A DNA stretch of 32,000 nucleotides from Puniceicoccales bacterium (GTDB lineage Bacteria; Verrucomicrobiota; Verrucomicrobiia; Opitutales; JAIRLG01), in the NCBI GenBank assembly GCA_031288595.1, contig JAITRB010000006.1, positions 1-32,000 on the forward strand, written 5' to 3'. Each line of letters starts with the position of its first letter. Position 1 is the stretch's first letter. The translations under genes were made by a program, and so were the position numbers. Positions 25,777-32,000 of the stretch are shown piece by piece. The notes under the pieces were generated by a model that was not told where the DNA came from, made no database searches, and was given only the letters and a program-made list of their open reading frames with translations.

Positions 25777-26415
25777 TTAGCAATGAGCCAGATAGATCCG
25801 CAGGCCTTCGAGGACGATATCCAGTGCCAGGCAGGAGGTGAGCAGGCCAGCAAGCTTTTCTAGGGTCTGAAGGATACGCGGTGTCAGAAGCCCTGAAGCT
25901 CTGATGAGACAGGAAAAGCACAGGAAGACGGCGAACATGGTCATGGAGAGCGCGAGGAAGAAAAGCACTCCGTCCCGATACCCCTCAACTTGGGCTCGAA
26001 AACCCAGGATGGCGGTGATGACGCCCGGCCCGATGATGAGCGGCAGCGCGACTGGGGTGATGTAGGAGCTATCTTCCGAGGATCCGCCCTTCTTCGGCTG
26101 CACCTCGGTATTAGACGCTTCCGGTTTCCGCCACAGGCCCAGCATGTCGACGCCGAGGCTCAGGAGATAGAGGCCGCCACCGATTTGAAAGGCTTCAGGA
26201 CTGATCCCCAGGAGGCTTTGGAGGAGAAAGTTGCCTGTCAGGGCGAAGAAGAGCATCATGCCGTAGGCGACCCAGCAGGCGCGGGTGATGATCTGGATGC
26301 GCTCATCGACGGATTTCTGCGGCATGAGGGCCACGATTATGGCGACGCCGCTGACCGGTCCTATGAGGAGGAAGAGGTAGAGTGGAACACCTGTGAGCAG
26401 ATAGTGCGGAGCCAT
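25777..26415 (-). CDS. MarC family (UPF0056) membrane protein
   Basis: It has six hydrophobic helices and ITPVALPLIIGPGVITAIL, which matches the MarC-family PL..GPG motif. ATG 26415 (MAPHYLL) was verified; the longer ORF runs to 26514. Confidence 0.75.
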   Translation of the reverse strand: MAPHYLLTGVPLYLFLLIGPVSGVAIIVALMPQKSVDERIQIITRACWVAYGMMLFFALTGNFLLQSLLGISPEAFQIGGGLYLLSLGVDMLGLWRKPEASNTEVQPKKGGSSEDSSYITPVALPLIIGPGVITAILGFRAQVEGYRDGVLFFLALSMTMFAVFLCFSCLIRASGLLTPRILQTLEKLAGLLTSCLALDIVLEGLRIYLAHC

Positions 26416-26562
26416 TGAGCCAAGAGATCGAAGATGGAAGTTAGGCTGAATACAATGGATCACAAAGTCAAGGCTGGATGGAAGATAGCTCTGAGCTTCG
26501 TCTTTTCTCAGCATCCCTCTTCATCTACGGATGCCTAAGGCGTGGGCCCACTGGGCCTAGGT

Positions 26563-27312
26563 TCAGGAAAGCCGCTGGGCAATGGAGAGCAATTCCCCAA
26601 AACTTTCCGCCTTGAGCGAAGCGCCACCGATGAGACCACCATCGATGTTCTTTCCACGCAGGAGGGCCTCGGCATTGGATGGATTCATGGAACCGCCGTA
26701 AAGGATACGGACAGAGGCCCCCTGGGCCCCCAAGAGCTCCTGCAGGAGCGAGTGGATTTCCTCGTGCACCTCTTCCGCATCGCTCGGCGTCGCTGCCCTG
26801 CCGGTTCCAATAGCCCAGACGGGTTCGTAGGCGATGACGAAGGGCGAGGGGATATTCAGACCGTGTAGGACTGAGCGCATCTGTCCTTCTATGACGTCCT
26901 TGGTGGCCCCCTTCTCTCGCTCCGCCAGCGTCTCGCCGATACAGAGGATGGGGATGAAGCGATATTCCAATGCCGAGAGAAATTTGGAACGCAGCGCCTC
27001 GTCCTTCTCGCCGAAAAGGGTCCGCCGCTCGCTGTGGCCGAGAAGGACATAGTTCACCTCCAGTTCCCGCAACATGAGAGGAGAAATTTCTCCCGTGAAG
27101 GCACCGGCAACATGGGCATTCATGTTCTGCGCCCCCAGTCGGATACCGGAATGGCGCAGTTGCTCTTGAGCCGTCCGGAGGGCCGTGAAGGGCGGGCAGA
27201 TGACGGCTTCCACATCGGGAATCTCGAGCGGCAGCAGGGCCTGGCAAAAGGCCTCTGTCTCCCGCAGTGTCTGGTTCATCTTCCAATTGGCGACGATGAG
27301 TTTCTGCTTCAT
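26563..27312 (-). CDS. tpiA: triose-phosphate isomerase
   Basis: The TIM motifs are VANWKMN, LLGHSERR, AYEPVWAIGTG and ILYGGSMN, in 249 aa. The ATG was verified. Confidence 0.93.
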   Translation of the reverse strand: MKQKLIVANWKMNQTLRETEAFCQALLPLEIPDVEAVICPPFTALRTAQEQLRHSGIRLGAQNMNAHVAGAFTGEISPLMLRELEVNYVLLGHSERRTLFGEKDEALRSKFLSALEYRFIPILCIGETLAEREKGATKDVIEGQMRSVLHGLNIPSPFVIAYEPVWAIGTGRAATPSDAEEVHEEIHSLLQELLGAQGASVRILYGGSMNPSNAEALLRGKNIDGGLIGGASLKAESFGELLSIAQRLS

Positions 27313-27407
27313 GCTGAGGTATTAGTTTCTTGCATCTCCGGTGCTTCTTCCGCATTCTAATCGGGGAATCTGGCTTTTCAAGGCCATAGATTTCAATCCG
27401 CCTTCTT

Positions 27408-28040
27408 ATGCCTCGGCATCCATACCTCCTGCTTTGCCCCCATCGGCTAATGGGAGCCGGATTCCTCCTGGGCCTCCTGCTCCTGGGCCCTCTTCCCGAG
27501 AGCTGCGGTTTTCCCGGGCGAAGCATGGCCGGCAGGGCTCCGGCTCAGTATGCCCAGGGCTGCAGAACTATTTCCTTCGATGTCCTCCTTCTTCATAAAT
27601 CGGAGAACGACTTCCGAAGCCTGACGGAATGGCTTACGGGACGTCGGGTCCCGGAGGGACGCTGGGCGCTGCGGAGTGATGGGGCCCGCCGCGGGGGCTT
27701 CTACTGGGTACTGCGCTTTTCGCGACCTCTGTCCTCCCGGGAAGCCTGTTGCTGCGCTGTGCTAAAATACCTCCGCCGCGGAAGTCTCGAGGCCCAGGAA
27801 CGGCGCTTTGAATTCGGCAAGTCGAGACCGCGACGGGCCGGCGAACTCTACCTCGGCATGACGGATGACGCCTCGCTCCGGAATCCCGATGACGTGGTGG
27901 CCTGGTGCGTGGAACTGCGGGATGCATCGGGAAAAGTGACGGCGGAGAAGCGGAGCTTCCTCTGGAGCACTGATGAGGCCGATGCGAGCCGGGAGGACGA
28001 AGGGCCGGAGAGGAACGAGGCTCGGCCAGCGGAGGATTGA
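27408..28040 (+). CDS. hypothetical protein, possible exported/lipoprotein
   Basis: It has a hydrophobic N-terminus (GFLLGLLLLGPLPESCG) and plausible codon pattern. Its stop lies 34 nt before repeat copy E, the same spacing seen after confirmed genes. No family is recognised, and antisense ORFs of similar length exist. Confidence 0.4.
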   Translation: MPRHPYLLLCPHRLMGAGFLLGLLLLGPLPESCGFPGRSMAGRAPAQYAQGCRTISFDVLLLHKSENDFRSLTEWLTGRRVPEGRWALRSDGARRGGFYWVLRFSRPLSSREACCCAVLKYLRRGSLEAQERRFEFGKSRPRRAGELYLGMTDDASLRNPDDVVAWCVELRDASGKVTAEKRSFLWSTDEADASREDEGPERNEARPAED

Positions 28041-28074
28041 GCGGAGGTGGTCCGATCCGGATGGGTCGGTAGGA

Positions 28075-28168
28075 TGCCGTCTTTGGAGCCCCGCAGGGGC
28101 TCGCCCGCGGAGCGGGCATCCCGGAGGGAGGGAAGCAGAAGCTTCCCTCCCTCCGGGCAAAGACGGCA
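28075..28168 (+). repeat. structured intergenic palindromic element, copy E
   Basis: The outer stem pairs TGCCGTCTTTG (28075-28085) with CAAAGACGGCA (28158-28168). The hairpins are GAGCCCC-GCA-GGGGCTC (28086-28102) and GCCCGC-GGA-GCGGGC (28103-28117). There is also a perfect 17-bp hairpin CCCGGAGGGAGGGAAGC-AGAA-GCTTCCCTCCCTCCGGG (28120-28157). Confidence 0.85.
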
Positions 28169-28217
28169 CCCACTGAGACAGGCCCAGCAGTCCTTCAAAC
28201 CGACTTTCCCCAGAAGA

Positions 28218-29348
28218 TCAGAGATCCAGGAAGGAGAGAATCACGGCGAAGAGCGCGTCGCTGGTGATGATCCAGGTGATGCTGGCCACCACCGCAGAAG
28301 TGCTGGCCAAGCCGACGGAAGAAGCATCCCTCTCGCTCCGGAGGCCGTAGTAGCAGCCCACGCTGGCGATGATCTTCCCAAAAAAGGCGCTTTTGAGGAG
28401 GCCTATGAGGATGTTGCTCAAAGTGAGCGCGCGCTTCGTCTGGGCGAGGTAGAGCAGTGGATGGATGTCGGCTACTCCCCAGGCGACGCAGAAACCGCTG
28501 AGAATTCCGATGAAGTCAGCGAAAAGGCAGAGGGCAGGCATGGCCAGAACCGTGGCCAGGATCCGAGGGATGACCAGGAAGTCCACGGCCGGAATCTGAA
28601 AGGTCTCCAGCGCATCGATTTCCTCATGGACCCTCATGGTTCCCAGAGTGGCGGCGAAGGCAGCGGCACTCCGGCCGGACAGGATGACCCCAGTCATGAG
28701 ACAGCCCATTTCTCGAGTCATGGCCAGGCTGACCAGGTCGGCGACGTAGATACCCGCCCCGAACTTGTCGAGCTGGATGAGGCTGACAAAGGTCAAAATG
28801 AGACCGACGAGGAAGCTGATCAGCGCGACGATGGGCAAGGCCTCGACGCTGACCTGCTGCAGATGACTGAAAAAATCGGGCCATTGGAAGACCCTCTGGC
28901 CGCGCAGGCATTTCCCAAAGCTGAGGTAGATGCGGCCGATGAAGTCCAGAACTTCGCAGAAAGGACGCCCGATCCGTCTCAAGGCCTTTTTTAGGGAGAA
29001 GGGAGCCGTTGCCGCCGCTGGTGCTCCGGAGTGGGAAGCCACGATGCTGTCGAGGATCCTCCACACGTTATCCGGCAATTCCCTGGGACGCAGCTGCCAC
29101 CGTTGCTCCTGGCAGAGCTGCCGCAGATGGCGGACGAAGCTGAGGAAGGCGGAATCCCAACAAGTGAGTGCCCGCGCCTCCAGCTCGACGATGCCTTGGG
29201 CCGGCAGCTCGGCCGCTTCCAGATAGGCATGTACTTCTTCCCAGGAGGGAAGAGAAGCCCGAAGGGTCCAGTCTCCGCTGACCGAAAGCGTCACGACGCT
29301 GCCTTCTCCGGTTCTCCTGTACTGCAGAAGTGGAGGATGGATGGACAT
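28218..29348 (-). CDS. MlaE-family ABC transporter permease with N-terminal STAS (MlaB-like) domain
   Basis: The C-terminal ~260 aa match the MlaE/Ttg2B pattern (ALPIVALISFLVGLILTF...MTREMGCLMTGVILSGRSAAAFAATLGTMRVHEEIDALETF). The N-terminal ~100 aa look like a STAS/anti-sigma-antagonist fold (VVTLSVSGDWTL...ELEARALTCWDSAFLSFV). The ATG was verified. Confidence 0.8.
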   Translation of the reverse strand: MSIHPPLLQYRRTGEGSVVTLSVSGDWTLRASLPSWEEVHAYLEAAELPAQGIVELEARALTCWDSAFLSFVRHLRQLCQEQRWQLRPRELPDNVWRILDSIVASHSGAPAAATAPFSLKKALRRIGRPFCEVLDFIGRIYLSFGKCLRGQRVFQWPDFFSHLQQVSVEALPIVALISFLVGLILTFVSLIQLDKFGAGIYVADLVSLAMTREMGCLMTGVILSGRSAAAFAATLGTMRVHEEIDALETFQIPAVDFLVIPRILATVLAMPALCLFADFIGILSGFCVAWGVADIHPLLYLAQTKRALTLSNILIGLLKSAFFGKIIASVGCYYGLRSERDASSVGLASTSAVVASITWIITSDALFAVILSFLDL

Positions 29349-29458
29349 GCGACGCGGAGTGGCTAGGATTCAGCGGCCCAAAGAGAGGGAGTCTGGAATT
29401 TTTGGAGAAAATAAAAGTCGAAAAGCGGGCCATCATCTCTTCTGATAGACGAAAGCTC

Positions 29459-30328
29459 ATGGATTTGTTTCACCTGAGAGGACTCATGCTATTCCTGATG
29501 ATCCTGGGTTTTTCCCTGATGCTGTGCGATTGCTTTTGGAACCTTTGGCTTCTTTGGGTCGGCCGCATGGCTCTGCGCCTCAGCGGAGTAGGGCTCTTGA
29601 GCGTCCTGCTCCACGCCTGCCTGGAGGGCCGCATGAGCTGGGCGGTACCCTCGGTCCTCATCCTCGCCACGATTTTTCTCCTCGAGAGTATCTATTTCTG
29701 GGGAATGACGGGGAGAATACAGGCCCAGCAGTGGCCCACAATCCTGCAGTACGAAGCGCTGAATGAAAGGATTTCCTGGCCCATCCACTGGCGTTTTCGC
29801 GCCCTGAGGAACTACTTCCGCCGCGAGCGTTTCCAGAACGCGGGATGCTTTCGCCTGTCCTTCCTCGGCACTCCGCTGATGCTCAATGTGGTCATGCTGG
29901 ATGCCAGTCGGCGGATCCGGCTGGAGTTTTTTTTCCACATGGGCCCCCGAGGGATTCGGCAGGTGCGGTGTGCATTGAGCTCGCAGGTAGAGGAGAAGGA
30001 ATGGCTGGTGACAGACAACAGGCAGCTCCCCCCGGGCGGGTGGATGCCGGCGGCCTGGCGGCTCAAGCGCTACGGTTTCGCCTCTCCTCAGACCCTATTG
30101 CGGCGGCACCGGCGGCGACTGCAGCGGCTGGGAAGCATCTGTGGGGCATGGGAAGTCTCCCATCTCCCGGAAACGCTTAATCGGGAGCAGGAGTTTTGGG
30201 CAGAGGAGAATCTTCGGCACGGATTTTGGGAAAAATCCTCCGACGGGCGGCAGTACACTCTCTCGGAGGAGGGCCGCTACCGCCTCTGGAAGTCGATGCT
30301 GTTCCGGCATACGCTGGGCCTGGGCTGA
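29459..30328 (+). CDS. hypothetical membrane protein (3 N-terminal TM helices plus basic, Trp/Arg-rich soluble domain)
   Basis: ATG 29459 (MDLFHLRGLMLFLMILGF) was verified. It has three hydrophobic helices followed by a ~200-aa domain with no recognised motifs. Its stop lies 4 nt before the next ATG, suggesting an operon. Confidence 0.5.
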   Translation: MDLFHLRGLMLFLMILGFSLMLCDCFWNLWLLWVGRMALRLSGVGLLSVLLHACLEGRMSWAVPSVLILATIFLLESIYFWGMTGRIQAQQWPTILQYEALNERISWPIHWRFRALRNYFRRERFQNAGCFRLSFLGTPLMLNVVMLDASRRIRLEFFFHMGPRGIRQVRCALSSQVEEKEWLVTDNRQLPPGGWMPAAWRLKRYGFASPQTLLRRHRRRLQRLGSICGAWEVSHLPETLNREQEFWAEENLRHGFWEKSSDGRQYTLSEEGRYRLWKSMLFRHTLGLG

Positions 30329-30332
30329 GAAG

Positions 30333-30956
30333 ATGAGCGACGGACCCTATCTCTGCCTTGATGCCGCCACGATCTTTCCCCAGATGGGCATTCTCGAGGG
30401 GGGCCGATGGTCGTACTTCAGGCGCTTTCCCCATGCCCGGATGGAAGTGCTATGGGAGCCGATTCGGGAGTATTTCCCCCGATTTCCCTGGGCCGGCTTT
30501 ATCTACAATTCCGGCCCCAGCGGGACGCTGGGCCTGCACAGCGTTCTGATGATGATCCGCGTTTGGAAGAGCCTTCCGGCCTATCGCTCCGTGCCGGTGG
30601 GGCACTACAACGGTCTCCAAATCGCCTCGCGGCTCGAATCTAAATGCCCGCTGCTCGCCCAGCTGCGGCGGGGAGAGCTCTGGTGGGCAAGGAGAGGGGA
30701 AGTGCTCAGGCTCTCTCCGGAAGAGGGGGGAATTCTGGCCGAGGCACGGCGCTTTCCAACCCAAACCCTGGCTCCACCAGCCTTGATGACCTACAAAGCG
30801 CTGGATTACGACCTGCAGGCAGCGGCGGCGCTGATGCTCCCATCTGTTCGCTGGGACGATGCCTGGCGGACGGAAACCGACTCCCCTATCCCCAGCTTTG
30901 TTCCCTGGGACGGAAAGCGCCACGGCAGCGCTTTTCCCCCGATAGTTCTTGGGTGA
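30333..30956 (+). CDS. divergent TsaB/YeaZ-like (ASKHA fold) protein
   Basis: LCLDAAT...MGIL resembles the TsaB N-terminal LAIDTAT strand. FIYNSGPSGTLGLHSVLMMIRVW resembles GPGSFTGLRIG. The similarity is weak and judged by eye only. Confidence 0.4.
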   Translation: MSDGPYLCLDAATIFPQMGILEGGRWSYFRRFPHARMEVLWEPIREYFPRFPWAGFIYNSGPSGTLGLHSVLMMIRVWKSLPAYRSVPVGHYNGLQIASRLESKCPLLAQLRRGELWWARRGEVLRLSPEEGGILAEARRFPTQTLAPPALMTYKALDYDLQAAAALMLPSVRWDDAWRTETDSPIPSFVPWDGKRHGSAFPPIVLG

Positions 30957-30991
30957 GGATCCCCAGGCCCCTGCAGGACGGATGATCCGTC

Positions 30992-31106
30992 GATCGCTGC
31001 CGCCTTTGAGCCCCAAAGGGGCTTCGGCCCGCTGCGCGGGCCGCTTTCCCGGCGCGGAAAACTTCGTTTTCCGCACCGGGAAAGCAAAGGCGGCAGCAGA
31101 GCGATC
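30992..31106 (+). repeat. structured intergenic palindromic element, copy F
   Basis: The outer stem pairs CTGCCGCCTTTG (30997-31008) with CAAAGGCGGCAG (31085-31096), extended by GATCG/CGATC. The hairpins are AGCCCC-AAA-GGGGCT (31009-31023) and GGCCCGC-TGC-GCGGGCC (31026-31042). A 19-bp hairpin with one mismatch spans 31044-31062 / 31066-31084. The element begins 35 nt after the upstream stop. Confidence 0.85.
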
Positions 31107-31183
31107 TTCCGAAACCTGGAAAAATTTTGGATTTACGACCGGCAGGCTTTGGCTTATAAGGGACAGGCAGTCAAGAAAGCTTT

Positions 31184-32000
31184 ATGAGTGACAATTTGAG
31201 CGCACTGGGACAGGAAATCCGCGAGTCTTCTGCCTGGGTGACACTGCTGCGGGATGAGATGAGCCGTGTGATCGTAGGACAGCGCTACATGATCGACCGA
31301 TTGATCGTCGGGCTGCTGAGCAATGGGCATGTGCTCCTGGAGGGCGTCCCTGGCCTGGCCAAGACCCTGTCGGTGCGAACGCTGGCGGCGGCGATCCAGG
31401 CGAGTTTCAAGCGCATCCAGTTCACCCCAGACCTCTTGCCAGCCGACATCGTCGGCACCCTGATCTACAACCCGCGCGAGGCGAGTTTCGAGACAAAGAA
31501 GGGCCCGATTTTCGCCAACGTCGTTCTGGCGGACGAGATCAACCGTGCGCCGGCCAAGGTGCAGAGCGCGCTGCTGGAGGCGATGCAGGAGCAACAGGTG
31601 ACCATCGGCGACAAGACATTCCGCCTACCGGAGCCCTTTCTAGTCCTAGCGACCGAGAACCCTGTCGACCAGGAAGGGACCTATCCCCTGCCGGAGGCAC
31701 AGGTCGACCGCTTCATGATGAAGTTGAGGATAGAATATCCGGACATCCACGAGGAGAAGCGGATTCTGCAGTTGATGTCGAGGACCGAGCCGCTGCCGGA
31801 GATCCATCCGGTGGTATCGCCGGAAAGCATCCTGGAATCCCGCAAGGTTCTGGACCGCATCTACATCGACGAGAAGGTGGTGGATTACATCGTGAACATC
31901 GTCTTTGCCACCCGCAAACCCTCGGATTACAAGATCAACATCAACCACCTCATCCAGTTCGGGGCCTCTCCGCGGGCCACCATCGCCCTGACCCTGGCGG
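31184..32000 (+). CDS. MoxR-like AAA+ ATPase (3' partial, runs off window)
   Basis: This ORF is not in the ORF track because no stop occurs before the window end. Translation from ATG 31184 gives MSDNLSALGQEI...VIVGQRYMIDRLIVGLLSNGHVLLEGVPGLAKT (Walker A). It continues VVLADEINRAPAKVQSALLEAMQEQQVTI (Walker B/sensor) and LVLATENPVDQEGTYPLPEAQVDRF. The antisense ORFs 31154..31594 and 31646..31948 are artefacts. Confidence 0.9.
   Translation, partial: MSDNLSALGQEIRESSAWVTLLRDEMSRVIVGQRYMIDRLIVGLLSNGHVLLEGVPGLAKTLSVRTLAAAIQASFKRIQFTPDLLPADIVGTLIYNPREASFETKKGPIFANVVLADEINRAPAKVQSALLEAMQEQQVTIGDKTFRLPEPFLVLATENPVDQEGTYPLPEAQVDRFMMKLRIEYPDIHEEKRILQLMSRTEPLPEIHPVVSPESILESRKVLDRIYIDEKVVDYIVNIVFATRKPSDYKININHLIQFGASPRATIALTLA

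Noticed and set aside
1-32000. Scanned for CRISPR arrays, tandem repeats, rRNA, transposases or integrases, prophage genes, restriction-modification systems, toxin-antitoxin pairs and known defence-system hallmarks. The SNF2 helicase was considered as a DISARM/BREX-type component.
   Set aside because: There are no regularly spaced direct repeats and no mobile-element genes. The SNF2 gene is flanked by Nif3 and nrdR/ftsY, with no methyltransferase, PLD, DUF1998 or other defence partners. It is therefore treated as a housekeeping RapA-like helicase.

Overview
This is a chromosomal window dominated by housekeeping genes. It is GC-rich (roughly high-50s percent by eye, not computed). The protein set and the secretin N-terminal motif suggest a PVC-group (Verrucomicrobiota-like) bacterium; that is an inference, not a database result. 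I can support about 28 protein genes on both strands and one tRNA-Arg(UCU). The genes are prfB, xth, an orphan ABC-type substrate-binding protein, an RDD protein, a DUF374 acyltransferase-like protein, a MATE exporter, HU, murA, a TPR protein, Nif3, an SNF2 helicase, nrdR, ftsY, aspS, skp/ompH, pgsA, pgpA, a secretin, marC, tpiA, a STAS-MlaE permease, a TsaB-like protein, moxR (partial) and several hypotheticals. I see no CRISPR array, no transposase or integrase, no rRNA, and no recognisable defence or toxin-antitoxin module. The most unusual signal is not a gene. It is a six-copy family of 91-115 bp intergenic elements, each folding into an outer stem that closes three hairpins (a cloverleaf-like four-way junction). 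The outer-stem core and the central GCCCGC/GCGGGC hairpin are conserved, while the other arms are replaced but still pair. Five of the six copies begin 19-37 nt after a stop codon. Secondary curiosities are listed below.
- A 1.0 kb gene-poor, strand-asymmetric region between ftsY and aspS carries a chain of short minus-strand ORFs.
- An orphan secretin is followed by a terminator-like hairpin and a 580-aa protein I cannot assign to a family.
- There is a disordered R/S/P-rich ORF upstream of murA.
- AspRS has long terminal extensions.
- An MlaB-like STAS domain is fused to an MlaE permease that has no MlaF/MlaD partners nearby.
- A membrane protein is tightly coupled to a degenerate TsaB-like protein.
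Nothing here can be called a new multi-gene system from sequence alone; the repeat family is the best candidate for something undescribed.
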